DNA of 64,000 bases from Patescibacteria group bacterium (GCA_004297735.1 SCTI01000001.1:115467-179466), one strand, 5' to 3'. Positions 33,010-44,004 are shown, counted from the stretch's first letter. Program-made: numbers and translations. Notes: a model not told the origin generated them from the sequence alone.

Positions 33010-33546
33010 ATGAGTCGAATTGGACGCAGCCCAATTGAAGTTCCAGCTGGTGTTACGGTTGAAATTACCGATAGCCAAGTTACTGCTCGCGGCCCTAAGG
33101 GCGAGCTATCGGTAGCTTTGATGCCTGGACTAGAAGTTAAGCAACAGGATAGCGTGCTACAGGTTAGTCGCCCGGTTGAAAACGCCGAAACCCAGCGTAC
33201 CTTTGGCTTGCAGCGTACTCTAATCAACAACATTGTGGTTGGAGTTAGCAAGGGCTATGAGCGACGCCTCGAGATTAACGGCGTTGGCTACCGCGCTAAC
33301 GTAGCCGGACAGACCGTCAACCTTACACTAGGTTACTCGCACCCAATTGCCTTCAATCTGCCGCAGGGCATTGAAGCAAAGGTTGAAAAGAACATAATTG
33401 TAATCAGTGGCGCCGATAAGCAACAGGTTGGCCAGGTTGCGGCTAACATTCGCGCCCTGCGCAAGCCGGAGCCTTATAAGGGCAAAGGAATTAAGTACGT
33501 CGAAGAGCACATTCGACGCAAGGCCGGAAAGGCGGCAGCAAAGTAA
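33010..33546 (+). CDS. rplF: 50S ribosomal protein L6
   Basis: 178 aa. Confidence 0.97.
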   Translation: MSRIGRSPIEVPAGVTVEITDSQVTARGPKGELSVALMPGLEVKQQDSVLQVSRPVENAETQRTFGLQRTLINNIVVGVSKGYERRLEINGVGYRANVAGQTVNLTLGYSHPIAFNLPQGIEAKVEKNIIVISGADKQQVGQVAANIRALRKPEPYKGKGIKYVEEHIRRKAGKAAAK

Positions 33547-33547
33547 G

Positions 33548-33889
33548 ATGAGTAAGATGATGATTTCACCAGCACAACAGCGACGACGTCGCGTTCGAGC
33601 CAAGGTCCAGGGCACTACCCAGCGACCCCGATTAAGTGTGTTTGTAAGCAATCGCCAGGTATCGGCTCAGCTTATTGATGACAGCCAGGGAGTCACGCTA
33701 GCTAGCGTTACTTCTCTAGGTACTACCGGCACAATGACCGAAAAGGCCACCAAGGTTGGTGAGCAAATTGCGGCAGCTGCCAGCAAAAAGAAAATTAGCG
33801 CCGTGGTGTTTGATCGCGGTTCTCGACTGTATCATGGGCGGCTTGACGCTCTAGCTACCGCCGCGCGCAACAAAGGACTGGAGTTTTAA
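33548..33889 (+). CDS. rplR: 50S ribosomal protein L18
   Basis: The track ORF 33407.. is trimmed to ATG 33548 ([19 protein letters not shown]...), immediately after the rplF stop. Confidence 0.92.
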   Translation: MSKMMISPAQQRRRRVRAKVQGTTQRPRLSVFVSNRQVSAQLIDDSQGVTLASVTSLGTTGTMTEKATKVGEQIAAAASKKKISAVVFDRGSRLYHGRLDALATAARNKGLEF

Positions 33890-34414
33890 ATGGCAATTCA
33901 AGCTCAACCAAAAGAGTTCGAAGAGAAAGTAATTGCAATCGACCGAGTCGCTCGAGTGGTTAAAGGCGGTCGACGTTTCCGCTTCCGTGCCATCGTAGTG
34001 ATTGGTGATGGCAAGGGCCGAGTTGGTCTTGGTATTGGTAAGGGCGGTGAGGTTATTACCGCGATTGCTAAGGCGGTTTCCCGAGCACGCCGCAACTTGA
34101 TTACCGTGCCAATTCATAACGGGACCATCCCTCATGAGGTAAAGGTACGTTTTTCTGGCGCCCATGTACTGCTTAAGCCCGCCTCAGAAGGTACCGGTGT
34201 GATTGCCGGAGGGGCGGTACGTAACGTGGTGGAGGTAGCCGGTATTCACAACCTGCTAACCAAGTCACTTGGTTCGACCAACAAGGTTAACAATGCGTAT
34301 GCCACCATTATGGCGTTGTCGCAGCTGCAAGAAGTGCCTGCAAGTAGCAAGCCAAAGGCCGATTCTAAGCCAAAGGCGACTGCCAGTAAGACCAAAGAAG
34401 CTGCGGTAGCCTAG
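33890..34414 (+). CDS. rpsE: 30S ribosomal protein S5
   Basis: 174 aa. Confidence 0.97.
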   Translation: MAIQAQPKEFEEKVIAIDRVARVVKGGRRFRFRAIVVIGDGKGRVGLGIGKGGEVITAIAKAVSRARRNLITVPIHNGTIPHEVKVRFSGAHVLLKPASEGTGVIAGGAVRNVVEVAGIHNLLTKSLGSTNKVNNAYATIMALSQLQEVPASSKPKADSKPKATASKTKEAAVA

Positions 34415-34422
34415 GAGATTTT

Positions 34423-34908
34423 ATGAAGATTCACGAACTTACAGTCACCAAAAAGGCAAACTCAAAGCGAGTTGGTCGCGGTATTGGTTCCGGCACCGGT
34501 AAGACCGCCGGTCGCGGTACTAAAGGTCAGAACTCACGTAGCGGCGGTGGCGTACGACCCGGTTTTGAGGGTGGTCAAAACCCCCTCGCCAAGCGTCTGC
34601 CTAAAAAGCGCGGTTTCCGTTCGCTCAATCCAACCAATTACGCCGCTATTAATTTGGCACGTCTTGATGAGCTCAAGGCTGGATCAACCGTGACCAACCA
34701 ATCGTTGGCGCAGGACGGCTGGGTTGACGATGTCCATACTCCAGTTAAAATTCTGGGTAAGGGTACGCTTACCAAAAAGCTGACAGTTCAGCTCCAAGCC
34801 GCTTCGGCAACTGCCCAGCAGGCAATCGAAAAGGCTGGTGGCAGCTTTGTAGCCACCGCGCTGGCTAAGCGCCCCAAACAGCCATCGGCACGTAATCGAA
34901 AGTCGTAA
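34423..34908 (+). CDS. rplO: 50S ribosomal protein L15
   Basis: 161 aa. It directly follows rpsE, so there is no rpmD (L30) gene. Confidence 0.95.
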   Translation: MKIHELTVTKKANSKRVGRGIGSGTGKTAGRGTKGQNSRSGGGVRPGFEGGQNPLAKRLPKKRGFRSLNPTNYAAINLARLDELKAGSTVTNQSLAQDGWVDDVHTPVKILGKGTLTKKLTVQLQAASATAQQAIEKAGGSFVATALAKRPKQPSARNRKS

Positions 34909-34911
34909 AAT

Positions 34912-36234
34912 ATGACACTGAGGGTTTTTAGAGAAGCGTTTCGTTCGCCAGACCTACGGCGACGAATCTTGTTTGTGCTTGGCATAGTGGTGATTTACCG
35001 CTTCCTGTCTTATGTTCCGGTTCCAGTGCCCGACAATGCTGCTCTGGCCCAGTTTCTAGAGAGGCTATTTAATAGCAGCCAGCTGCTTGGCTTTGCTAAC
35101 CTGTTTACCGGGGGTAGCTTGGGTAACTTCTCGATTGTAATGATGAGCCTGGGGCCGTATATTAACGCTTCAATCGTGATGCAGCTGTTTACTAAAATTA
35201 TTCCCTCGCTAGAGGCGCTAAGCAAAGAGGGTGAGAGCGGCCAACGCAAAATTATTCAGTACACCAGGCTGCTCACGCTACCGTTTGCCATCTTGCAGGC
35301 GATTGGAATGGTCATATTGATCCGCCAAAGCTCAATCCAGATCGCGCAAACCGATTTAATTGGCAACCCGGACTTGGCGCAGTGGTTCCTGATGATTACG
35401 GTGATGACGGCTGGTAGCATGCTGCTGATGTGGCTGGGGGAGTTGATTACCGAAAAAGGCGTCGGCAACGGAATTTCAATTATCATTTTAGCCAGCATCG
35501 TCTCAACCCTACCGGGCACCTTTGGGCAGTCGTTGGATCTAGCGGCTAACGATAGCACCAAGATAATTCAGATTATACTGTTTGCGGCCGGTGCGCTGGC
35601 GGTAATTATGGCGATGGTGTATCTAAATGAGGGTCAGCGATCGATACCGGTGTCGTATGCGCGTCGAGCCCGCGATAATCGTATTTACTCGGGGGTAGAT
35701 ACTCATCTGCCAATTCGCTTGATTACAGCCGGGGTTATTCCAATCATCTTTGCGCTGGCATTTTTGGCGGTACCACCGTTCTTGGGGCAGCTGCTTAGTG
35801 GTGCCAGTACTCCATGGGTAGCAGGCTTCGCTCAGTGGCTGACCACCACCTTTGCCACCACCAATCCCTGGTATGCTGCCGCTTACTTTGGACTGGTAGT
35901 GGTCTTTACCTTCTTTTACACCTCTATTGTGTTTAACGCTAAGGACATTGCTGAGCGGATTCAAAAGCAGGGAGGGTTTATTCCCGGTATCAGGCCGGGT
36001 AACGAGACCGCCAAGTACCTGGCAAACGTGGTCAACCGCCTGACGTTAACCGGAGCGGTAGCGCTTGGTTTAATCGCGATTCTGCCCTTTGTGGTTGAGC
36101 GCTTAACCAATACCCAGTCTTTGACCATTGGGGGTACCAGTTTGCTGATTATTGTGAGTGTAGCGCTTGAGACGATGAAGCAGATTGAGTCGCGGCTGAT
36201 CCAGACTAGTTATGACGGCTATAATGTTCGTTAA
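34912..36234 (+). CDS. secY: Preprotein translocase subunit SecY
   Basis: 440 aa, 10 TM, SecY signature. Confidence 0.97.
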   Translation: MTLRVFREAFRSPDLRRRILFVLGIVVIYRFLSYVPVPVPDNAALAQFLERLFNSSQLLGFANLFTGGSLGNFSIVMMSLGPYINASIVMQLFTKIIPSLEALSKEGESGQRKIIQYTRLLTLPFAILQAIGMVILIRQSSIQIAQTDLIGNPDLAQWFLMITVMTAGSMLLMWLGELITEKGVGNGISIIILASIVSTLPGTFGQSLDLAANDSTKIIQIILFAAGALAVIMAMVYLNEGQRSIPVSYARRARDNRIYSGVDTHLPIRLITAGVIPIIFALAFLAVPPFLGQLLSGASTPWVAGFAQWLTTTFATTNPWYAAAYFGLVVVFTFFYTSIVFNAKDIAERIQKQGGFIPGIRPGNETAKYLANVVNRLTLTGAVALGLIAILPFVVERLTNTQSLTIGGTSLLIIVSVALETMKQIESRLIQTSYDGYNVR

Positions 36235-36286
36235 AACTCTTTACAGATCAGGTAAAAAAACATATAATACCCAATTGTAGCTCACT

Positions 36287-36511
36287 ATGGCAGGAACAAA
36301 GGAAGTAATCGAATTCACCGGGACCGTTCTGGAGACCCTACCAAACGCAATGTTTAAGGTAGAGCTTGAGAACGGCCACGTTATTTTAGCCCACATCTCG
36401 GGCAAAATGCGCATGCATTATATTCGGATACTTCCCGGTGACAAAGTGACGGTGCAGATGACCCCATACGACCTATCTAAGGGCCGTATAACCTATCGTC
36501 ATAGGAATTAA
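36287..36511 (+). CDS. infA: Translation initiation factor IF-1
   Basis: 74 aa S1-like OB fold. It follows secY directly, so adk and map are absent. Confidence 0.95.
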   Translation: MAGTKEVIEFTGTVLETLPNAMFKVELENGHVILAHISGKMRMHYIRILPGDKVTVQMTPYDLSKGRITYRHRN

Positions 36512-36528
36512 AGGATTAAGGGAAACAG

Positions 36529-36642
36529 ATGAAGGTACGCGCTAGCGCCAAAAAAATGTGCTCAAAGTGTAAGATCGTTCGACGACAAGGAACGGTGTAT
36601 GTTATCTGTGATGACCCAAAGCATAAGCAGAGGCAGGGCTAA
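36529..36642 (+). CDS. rpmJ: 50S ribosomal protein L36 (37 aa; below the ORF-track length threshold)
   Basis: Manually translated as [37 protein letters not shown], with the stop immediately before the rpsM ATG. Confidence 0.9.
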   Translation: MKVRASAKKMCSKCKIVRRQGTVYVICDDPKHKQRQG

Positions 36643-37029
36643 ATGGCACGTATCGCTGGCGTAAACATTCCAACCGGTAAAAGAGTAGAGATAGCACTTA
36701 CCTCTATCTACGGCGTTGGTTTGAGCACTAGTCAAAAGATTCTAGCTGAGACCGGCATTGATCCTAGCACTCGAGTTAAGGATTTAACCGAGTCGGAGAT
36801 TTCTAAGCTGCGAGAAGCGATTGATAAGCAGCTAACCGTTGAAGGTGACTTGCAGCGTTTGGTATCGCTATCAATTGGTCGTCTCAAGGAAATCAACTCC
36901 TATCGCGGCCTGCGCCACAAGAACAGCTTGCCGGCTCGGGGTCAGCGCACCAAGACCAACGCTCGAACCAAGCGTGGCAAAAAGGTAACCATGGGTAGTG
37001 GCCGTAAGAAGGCTGCGGCAAAGACCTAA
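36643..37029 (+). CDS. rpsM: 30S ribosomal protein S13
   Basis: 128 aa. Confidence 0.97.
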   Translation: MARIAGVNIPTGKRVEIALTSIYGVGLSTSQKILAETGIDPSTRVKDLTESEISKLREAIDKQLTVEGDLQRLVSLSIGRLKEINSYRGLRHKNSLPARGQRTKTNARTKRGKKVTMGSGRKKAAAKT

Positions 37030-37053
37030 AATTTACGAGGAATATAAGAGATA

Positions 37054-37452
37054 ATGGCAACCAAAACCGCATCTAAATCAAATCGTCGTCGCAAGGCTAA
37101 GCGCACACTGTCAACCGGACAGATGCACGTCCATGCGACCTTCAACAACACCATCATCAGCATGACCGATGAGCAGGGTGGAGTGGTTGGCTGGGCTAGC
37201 GCCGGCGGTAGTGGTTTCCGCGGTTCACGCAAGTCTACCCCTTATGCTGCTCAGGTAGCAGCAGAGCGAGTCGCCAACCTCGCCAAAGACATGGGCTTGC
37301 AGCGAGTAGCGGTACAGGTTCGAGGTATTGGCAGCGGTCGCGAATCCGCGATTCGAGCGCTGTCAGCGGTTGGCATTCAAGTAACCAGCATTAAAGATGT
37401 GACCGGCATTCCGCACAACGGTTGTCGTCCACGTAAGCCGAGGAGAGTGTAG
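37054..37452 (+). CDS. rpsK: 30S ribosomal protein S11
   Basis: 132 aa. Confidence 0.97.
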   Translation: MATKTASKSNRRRKAKRTLSTGQMHVHATFNNTIISMTDEQGGVVGWASAGGSGFRGSRKSTPYAAQVAAERVANLAKDMGLQRVAVQVRGIGSGRESAIRALSAVGIQVTSIKDVTGIPHNGCRPRKPRRV

Positions 37453-37453
37453 T

Positions 37454-38071
37454 ATGGCTCGCGATTTAGCCCCAATTGTTAAGCGCTCTCGCCGCGAAAA
37501 GGTAGCTTTGCACCCTAAGGCGGTTAAGGGACTGACCCTGCGTAATTACGCACCGGGTGAGCACGGTCAAACCACCATGCGCGCCAAGCAGAGCGAGTAC
37601 GCCCTGCAGCTGCGTGAAAAGCAAAAGGTAAAGCGCATGTACGGCTTGCTCGAAAAGCAGTTTCGTCGCGTGGTAGCTGAGGCCGATCGTCGTCCTGGCG
37701 TAACCGGTGAGAACCTATTGCAAATCCTGGAGCAGCGACTAGATAACGCCATCTACCGACTCAACTGGGCGATTAGTCGTCAGGCCGCTCGTCAGGTTGT
37801 GACCCACGGTCACGTTATGCTAAACGGTCGTCGTGTGGATATCCCTTCGATTCAGCTAAAGCCAGGTGATGAACTTGAGATTCGTCCTAAAAGTGCTTCT
37901 AACGCCTACTTTACTACTCGTAAGCAGGAGCTAGAGAATGATCAAACCGCCATCAGTTGGTTGAGCGGAGATCATAAGAAGCTGAAGGCTAAGGTAACCG
38001 GTACCCCGTCACGTGAAGACGTGATTGAGGAGATAACAGAGCAATTAATCGTTGAGTTCTACTCAAGGTAA
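37454..38071 (+). CDS. rpsD: 30S ribosomal protein S4
   Basis: 205 aa. Confidence 0.97.
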   Translation: MARDLAPIVKRSRREKVALHPKAVKGLTLRNYAPGEHGQTTMRAKQSEYALQLREKQKVKRMYGLLEKQFRRVVAEADRRPGVTGENLLQILEQRLDNAIYRLNWAISRQAARQVVTHGHVMLNGRRVDIPSIQLKPGDELEIRPKSASNAYFTTRKQELENDQTAISWLSGDHKKLKAKVTGTPSREDVIEEITEQLIVEFYSR

Positions 38072-38093
38072 GTAATAAGGAAGGAATAAGAAG

Positions 38094-39047
38094 GTGTTGT
38101 ACGACATTCAACTACCCAATCTAACCACCACTAAAGAGGATGGCAACCGCGCAACCTTTGCGATTGAGCCACTCCACCCTGGCTATGGTATGACTTTGGG
38201 AAACTCGCTTCGCCGTGTGATTCTTTCAAGCTTAGGCGGTGCAGCTGTTACCGCGGTTAAGATTGACGGCGTGTCACATGAGTTTTCGACAATTGACGGC
38301 GTAAAAGAGGATGTGGTCGAAATCATTCTCAACCTTAAGCGATTGCGCTTTAAGGTATACAGTGACGAGCCGCAGTATCTGATGCTGACCAAAAAAGGTA
38401 AGGGCGAGGTTACCGCAGGTGACATCAAGACCAATGCCGATGTTGAGATCGTAAATGCAGATCAGGTTATTGCAACCATCGACAACGATAAAACACAGGT
38501 TGGCATGGAAATTAAGATCGAAAAAGGCCGAGGTTACGTGCCGGTAGAAGCCCGCGAGAACGAGAAGCTTGAGGTTGGCATGATTGCGGTTGACGCTCTC
38601 TACAGCCCGGTTAAGCGCGTTCGTTACAACGTTGAAAATACCCGCGTGGGTCAGGCTACCGACCTAGACCGCTTGGTGCTTGAGATTGAGACCGATGGCT
38701 CAATCACCCCTCATGATGCCGTACAGCAAGCCGCTCAGGTTTTAGTTGGTCACTTTGGCGTGGTATCCGGCCAGCCGGCCGCTGCTGCTAGCGCTTCGGC
38801 CGCTACTCCTAAATCTAGCGACGAGGCTGGAGACAGCAAAGCCGCTAGCATCATGATTGAGGAGGTTAACTTTACCCCTCGTACCACCAACGCTTTACTG
38901 AACAACGAAATTCGTACCGTTGCCGATCTGTTGATGCTAAGCGATACCGAACTCAAGGAGCTTAAGGGCTTTGGCGCTAAGGCTTACGATGAGGTTCGCG
39001 ACAAGATCGTTGAGCTTGGCTTTAACCGCGAGGCAGAGGTAGACTAA
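38094..39047 (+). CDS. rpoA: DNA-directed RNA polymerase alpha subunit
   Basis: 317 aa with NTD and CTD; GTG start. Confidence 0.95.
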   Translation: MLYDIQLPNLTTTKEDGNRATFAIEPLHPGYGMTLGNSLRRVILSSLGGAAVTAVKIDGVSHEFSTIDGVKEDVVEIILNLKRLRFKVYSDEPQYLMLTKKGKGEVTAGDIKTNADVEIVNADQVIATIDNDKTQVGMEIKIEKGRGYVPVEARENEKLEVGMIAVDALYSPVKRVRYNVENTRVGQATDLDRLVLEIETDGSITPHDAVQQAAQVLVGHFGVVSGQPAAAASASAATPKSSDEAGDSKAASIMIEEVNFTPRTTNALLNNEIRTVADLLMLSDTELKELKGFGAKAYDEVRDKIVELGFNREAEVD

Positions 39048-39541
39048 TGCATCGCCACGGTTACAAAGGTCGTAAGTTACAGCGAGCCGCCGGTCCACGT
39101 CGGGCATTGGTGCGAGGTCAGATTACCTCGCTGGTGCTACACGAGCAAATTACGACTACCGTAGCCAAGGCCAAGGAGATCGCTCCTCAGTTCGAAAAAC
39201 TGGTTACCAAGGCTAAAAAGGGTGATTTGCACAATCGTCGTCTGATTCGGGCGGTGTTGCTGACCGATAAGGCTACCACTAAGTTGGTTGAGGAGATCGC
39301 ACCGGCGTTTAAGAATCGAGAAGGTGGTTACACCCGGATTGTTAAGTTGGGGAACCGACTAGGTGATAATGCACCTATGGCTGCGGTTATGTTAACCGAC
39401 AAGCCACAGCGCGTTGCCGAAAAGCCCAAGGCTAAGCCGGCTACCAAAAAGCCAGCAGCCAAGAAGGCGGAAGCCGACTCGGCTAAGGCTAAGAAGCCAG
39501 CCGCCAAAAAGGCACCAGCCAAGAAGGAGGCAGCTAAGTGA
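39047..39541 (+). CDS. rplQ: 50S ribosomal protein L17 with a Lys/Ala/Pro-rich C-terminal extension
   Basis: L17 core followed by a low-complexity KPAAKKA tail of about 45 aa. Confidence 0.93.
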   Translation: MHRHGYKGRKLQRAAGPRRALVRGQITSLVLHEQITTTVAKAKEIAPQFEKLVTKAKKGDLHNRRLIRAVLLTDKATTKLVEEIAPAFKNREGGYTRIVKLGNRLGDNAPMAAVMLTDKPQRVAEKPKAKPATKKPAAKKAEADSAKAKKPAAKKAPAKKEAAK

Positions 39542-39975
39542 AAACCTTTTCCGTAAAACCAAGTGAAACCACTCACGATTGGTACGTGATTGATGCTAGC
39601 AACCAAACTTTGGGTCGTCTGGCTACCGAGGTCGCCCGCCACTTGATTGGTAAGCACAAGCCGACCTACACGCCGCACATTGATGGTGGTGATAATGTGG
39701 TGGTCATTAATGCCGCCCAAGTAAAGGTTACCGGCAACAAGATGGCCGATAAAAAGTATTACCGACATTCCGGTTACCCAGGCGGATTGACCGAGCTCAC
39801 GCTCGAAGAGATGATGCAAAAACACCCAACTCGTGCCGTTGAGTATGCGGTTAAGGGCATGTTGCCAAAAAACCGTTTGCAAGACGTACGTCTCAAGCGT
39901 CTACGTGTGTACGCCACCGCTGAGCACCCGCATGACCCACAGCAACCCAAGACCTTAGGAGAGATTAATGGCTGA
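39538..39975 (+). CDS. rplM: 50S ribosomal protein L13
   Basis: 145 aa. Confidence 0.95.
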   Translation: MKTFSVKPSETTHDWYVIDASNQTLGRLATEVARHLIGKHKPTYTPHIDGGDNVVVINAAQVKVTGNKMADKKYYRHSGYPGGLTELTLEEMMQKHPTRAVEYAVKGMLPKNRLQDVRLKRLRVYATAEHPHDPQQPKTLGEING

Positions 39976-40372
39976 AGCAGCTAAAGAAAAGTATTTTTAC
40001 GGAGTTGGTCGTCGCAAAGAGGCGATTGCTACCGCCCGACTTTACCAGGGTGGAGGTGAGATTATGATTGGCGAGGAGACTGCCGGAGCCTACTTCAATA
40101 ATGAGGCTTTTGTGCAGCTATTGGAGCAGCCAATTGAGCTAACCGGTCACGCTAAGAAGCTTAAAGTCACCCTTAAGGTTAGCGGTGGGGGTAAGCGCGG
40201 CCAGGCCGAAGCTGCCCGTCTGGCAATTGCTCGCGCCCTTGAAGTTAAAGACGAAGGTTTGCGCACCACCCTTAAAAAGGCTGGCTATCTAACTCGCGAT
40301 CCACGTGAGAAAGAACGTAAAAAGCCTGGTCTCAAGCGCGCCCGTAAGGCACCTCAGTTTAGTAAGCGTTAA
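39968..40372 (+). CDS. rpsI: 30S ribosomal protein S9
   Basis: 134 aa ending in KR. Confidence 0.95.
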   Translation: MAEAAKEKYFYGVGRRKEAIATARLYQGGGEIMIGEETAGAYFNNEAFVQLLEQPIELTGHAKKLKVTLKVSGGGKRGQAEAARLAIARALEVKDEGLRTTLKKAGYLTRDPREKERKKPGLKRARKAPQFSKR

Positions 40373-40420
40373 GCTTATTGTCGTATAGCCAGGCAAGCGT
40401 AACCATTATATAATGATGGG

Positions 40421-41410
40421 GTGAGCGCATATCATACACCCTGGAAAATACTAGGTTTTACCGTCCTGGCAGTTGTCGTTGGGACCGTTGGGTTTATGCA
40501 TTTTGAAGGTTTATCGCTGGGTGATGCTAGTTACCAGTCGATGTTGATTATGCTGCGACACTATGGACACGTTGAGCTGCATGATCCAGCGGCCCGAGTA
40601 TTAAACATTCTATTAATTATTTCTAGTTTGGCTATCATCGGCTATTTGATTAAGTGGATGGCTGAATATATGATGGGTGTAAGCGATAATGTACGGAAAA
40701 GACGATTGGCGGCAAAAGTTAAAAAAATGAGACAGCACTATATTATTTGTGGATTAGGCCGCGTTGGCAGCCAGGTTGCGCGCGAGATGGCGATTGAAGA
40801 AATTGAGTTTATTGGGATGGATCGCGACCAGGCCAAGGTAGGTGACGCGGTTGGTTTGGGTTACACCGCTTTTCAGGCCGACAGCACTTCAGAACAAGCT
40901 TTGCGCGAAGCCGGCATCGATCACGCAGCCGGAGTGGTAGCGAGTTTGGGTGATGATTCAGCCAACCTGCTGGTAACCCTGGCGGCGCGGGCCATCAACC
41001 CCGATATCTACATTGTGGCGCGAGCCAACCGGGCGGAAAATGAGGTTAAGTTAAAGCGTGCTGGGGCCGATCGCGTTGCCTTGCCATACCAAATTGGAGG
41101 CTACCACATGGCCTCCATGGCGTTGCGACCGAGTGTGGTCGACTATATGGACATTGTGAGTAGCTCGGGTGCAAGTACCGACCTACAGGTTGAGGAAATG
41201 GTGGTTGGCGACGGTTCGCGCCTGGCCGGGCATCATCTGGGCAAGGCTTTGACAGAAGGAGCAATTGGCGCAACTGTGATTGCAATTAACGGCTCTGATG
41301 GCACCAGCAAGGTTAGGCCAACCGGCAATGAGGTGATTTACCCGGGTGATCGCTTAATAATTCTTGGAGCCAAAGCCGACCTCAACAAGGCCTCCGCCTT
41401 AATCCGATGA
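40421..41410 (+). CDS. 2-TM ion-channel-like protein fused to RCK (TrkA-N Rossmann IICGLGRVGSQVA + TrkA-C) domains; no canonical TVGYGD selectivity filter seen
   Basis: Two N-terminal TM helices, a GxGxxG NAD-binding motif and a C-terminal TrkA-C-like segment. Confidence 0.7.
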   Translation: MSAYHTPWKILGFTVLAVVVGTVGFMHFEGLSLGDASYQSMLIMLRHYGHVELHDPAARVLNILLIISSLAIIGYLIKWMAEYMMGVSDNVRKRRLAAKVKKMRQHYIICGLGRVGSQVAREMAIEEIEFIGMDRDQAKVGDAVGLGYTAFQADSTSEQALREAGIDHAAGVVASLGDDSANLLVTLAARAINPDIYIVARANRAENEVKLKRAGADRVALPYQIGGYHMASMALRPSVVDYMDIVSSSGASTDLQVEEMVVGDGSRLAGHHLGKALTEGAIGATVIAINGSDGTSKVRPTGNEVIYPGDRLIILGAKADLNKASALIR

Positions 41411-42291
41411 GTCAGGCCCAGCGTATTCCGGAATCGGCGGCGGGTCAGCGGCTGGATGTCGCCTTGAGCCAGCTGCTTGGTCAAACTCGCAGCCAGGTCC
41501 AGCGGATGCTCAAGGAACAGAGGGTGAAGGTAGATTCAGAGCTACGCCCAGCTAAGTGGCAGGTTGAAGGGGGAGAGCAGATAACTGTGACCCAACCCGA
41601 ACCGCAAGTTGGTTTTGAGGCACCCGATTTAACGATTTTATACGAAGATGATGACGTCATGGCAATTGATAAGCCTGCCGGCCTGGTGGTGCATGATACC
41701 GAAACCGGTCGCATGCAGCCAACGGTGGCGGCCTTTGCTGCGGCTCAAGGCGTAGAGGACGATGACGATGACCGCCAAGGTATTGTTCACCGCCTCGACA
41801 AGGACACCTCCGGGGTGATGTTGCTGGCCAAAAACCCCAAGGCTAAAGCTTACTTGCAGCAACAGTTTCGTGAACGTAAGGTAGACAAGCGCTATATTGC
41901 GCTAGTACGGGGGCGCTTAAACGAAGATGAAGCGACTATTAAACTGCCAATTGGCCGCAATCGAACCACTCCCATTAAGAGGGCGGTGCTGCCGCATGGT
42001 CGCCAAGCGGTCACTCACTACCAGGTGCTTGAGCGATTAGCCGGTGCCTGTTTGGTCTCAATTGGTCTAGAAACCGGCCGAACACACCAGATTAGAGTTC
42101 ATTTTGCTCATTTAGGGCATCCGGTGGTGGGAGACACTCTTTATGGCGAACCAACTCCTGGTTTGAACCGCCAGTTTTTGCACGCCGAGCAGATTGAGTT
42201 TGTAGCACCGTCAGGTAAGACGGTTAAGGTGAGTAGCCCCCTGCCACAAGAGCTTAGCGACTACCTTGATGCCTTGCGTAACAAGGTATAA
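41407..42291 (+). CDS. rluD: RluA-family 23S rRNA pseudouridine synthase (RluD-like; S4 domain plus catalytic HRLDKDTSG)
   Basis: N-terminal S4 RNA-binding domain and a catalytic Asp motif. Confidence 0.85.
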   Translation: MSQAQRIPESAAGQRLDVALSQLLGQTRSQVQRMLKEQRVKVDSELRPAKWQVEGGEQITVTQPEPQVGFEAPDLTILYEDDDVMAIDKPAGLVVHDTETGRMQPTVAAFAAAQGVEDDDDDRQGIVHRLDKDTSGVMLLAKNPKAKAYLQQQFRERKVDKRYIALVRGRLNEDEATIKLPIGRNRTTPIKRAVLPHGRQAVTHYQVLERLAGACLVSIGLETGRTHQIRVHFAHLGHPVVGDTLYGEPTPGLNRQFLHAEQIEFVAPSGKTVKVSSPLPQELSDYLDALRNKV

Positions 42292-42298
42292 TGGGTTC

Positions 42299-43189
42299 AT
42301 GAAGCTGTTTGTCCACCCTCAGACTGACTCACAAATAAACGCGCTCATAAAACACCCGAAGCGTACGGTATTGCTGTTTGGCCCGGAAGGCGTGGGCAAG
42401 TTTACGGTTGCTCGCGAGATAGCTCGGCGTTTAACCTGTGCTGGTTGCGAAAATGGCAGCTGTAGCGCCTGCGTACTGGCCGCCGTCGGTTCTAGCCCAA
42501 ACATTATCTTGGTTGAACCAGATGCTAAGAACACAATTGGCGTACAAGCGGTTCACCAGCTTCATCACACCCTTAATTATCGACCATATGGCGACAACCA
42601 GCGTCGGATAGCGATTATTCATAATGCCGACAGTTTAAGCCTGCCGGCTCAAAATGCGTTGCTCAAGCTGCTCGAAGAACCTCCGGTGGACACCTTGCTG
42701 ATTTTGACTGCCATTGACCGAACCGCCCTACTGGATACGGTGGTGTCGCGCTGTCGTTTGCTGTACGTGCCGCCACTTTCGGTTAAGGCGATTGAGGGTT
42801 TCTTGTTAGAGCAGTACGGTATTGACCAGCAGGCCGCTCGTCACGCCGCTACTCTTAGTCATGGCGCGGTTGGCAAGGCCATTAGGTTGGTTCGGGACGT
42901 CGACCAGCTTCAACACGCTCAGCAGATTCAACAAACCGCTCAAGGGTTGGTTGAGGGCCAACTGTTTGACCGGCTGCAGGTAGCCGCCACGCTAGCCACG
43001 GCACCACAGCAGATCCCAGAATGCCTAAGCGCGCTTGCCGATTTAGCGCACTTTCAAGCTCGTCATGCCGACCGATTGCTACCGGAGCCGCTTGAGGCGA
43101 TCCAAAAGCTTCAGCAGCGGCTAAAAGCCCATATCGCTCCGCGCGTTGCGCTTGAGGCCTATGTGCTGGAGGCGGGAGTAAGTACGTGA
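42299..43189 (+). CDS. holB: DNA polymerase III delta' subunit (clamp-loader AAA+)
   Basis: GPEGVGK Walker A, a zinc CxxC cluster and a SRC motif (VSRCRLL). Start at ATG 42299 (MKLFVH). Confidence 0.8.
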   Translation: MKLFVHPQTDSQINALIKHPKRTVLLFGPEGVGKFTVAREIARRLTCAGCENGSCSACVLAAVGSSPNIILVEPDAKNTIGVQAVHQLHHTLNYRPYGDNQRRIAIIHNADSLSLPAQNALLKLLEEPPVDTLLILTAIDRTALLDTVVSRCRLLYVPPLSVKAIEGFLLEQYGIDQQAARHAATLSHGAVGKAIRLVRDVDQLQHAQQIQQTAQGLVEGQLFDRLQVAATLATAPQQIPECLSALADLAHFQARHADRLLPEPLEAIQKLQQRLKAHIAPRVALEAYVLEAGVST

Positions 43190-43836
43190 TTGGCTTACTG
43201 ATTATCGCCGCGGCCGCCTTCTTTTTATTCCGGCTGCTTGGTGGCGCGCCAAAGCTTCGGTTAAACCCCAAGGCACCCGCTGTCGCCAACCAAAACAAGA
43301 TTGAGGAGCTCACCGATTACGCTCGACGTTTACGGGCGGCCGGCAAATATACCGCCGCCGAAAAGGTTTATATGCAAATCCTTAAAATAGATCATCGCCA
43401 TGTTCAAACTTACAGCCGGATGGGGACTCTTTACTCGGCCCAGCGGAACTATCCTGATGCGATTGAGGCATTCGAGATGTCGACCAAGCTCAAGCCGTCT
43501 GGCACGACTTACTATAATTTAGGGTTGGCTTTCTTTGAAAATCGTAACTACATGAAGGCCGCGGCGGCTTTCGAAAAGGCGGTGATGTTTGAGCCAACGC
43601 TGCAGCGCTATATTGGGCTAGCCAAAACCTTTAAAAAGCTTGATAACAACCCCCGGATGATACAAGCTTTAGAGCAGGCGGTACAGCTTGAGGCGAGTCC
43701 AAGGGTTTTGTGGCTACTGGCTGATGCTTACGAAGCCAGTCGTCAGCCAGCTAAGGCCGAAGCCGTGCGCAAGCAAATAGCCACTCTTGACCCGAGTGAC
43801 GAGCGCTTACGCCGCCAAAAGCCGACTCGCATCTAG
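43186..43836 (+). CDS. TPR-repeat protein with an N-terminal TM anchor
   Basis: 216 aa with several TPR-like helical repeats (YNLGLAFFENRNYMKAAAAFEKA). Confidence 0.7.
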   Translation: MIGLLIIAAAAFFLFRLLGGAPKLRLNPKAPAVANQNKIEELTDYARRLRAAGKYTAAEKVYMQILKIDHRHVQTYSRMGTLYSAQRNYPDAIEAFEMSTKLKPSGTTYYNLGLAFFENRNYMKAAAAFEKAVMFEPTLQRYIGLAKTFKKLDNNPRMIQALEQAVQLEASPRVLWLLADAYEASRQPAKAEAVRKQIATLDPSDERLRRQKPTRI

Positions 43837-43919
43837 CCTAAAAGCTGGTTGAATGTTCCAGGTTAAAATGCTATGCTAATTCGGTTGAAAGACAGCTGGC
43901 CGACCGAGGTATGCGTCCT

Positions 43920-43994
43920 GCCGACGTAGCTCAATGGTAGAGCAACAGTTTTGTAAACTGTAGGTTGCGGGTTCAATTCCTGTCGTCGGCTCCA
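43920..43994 (+). tRNA. tRNA-Thr (anticodon TGT)
   Basis: Manually folded cloverleaf: acceptor gccgacg/cgtcggc, D arm gctc...gagc, anticodon stem acagt/actgt with loop tttgtaa, T-loop ttcaatt, encoded CCA. Confidence 0.8.
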
Positions 43995-44004
43995 GAAAAT
44001 CTAT

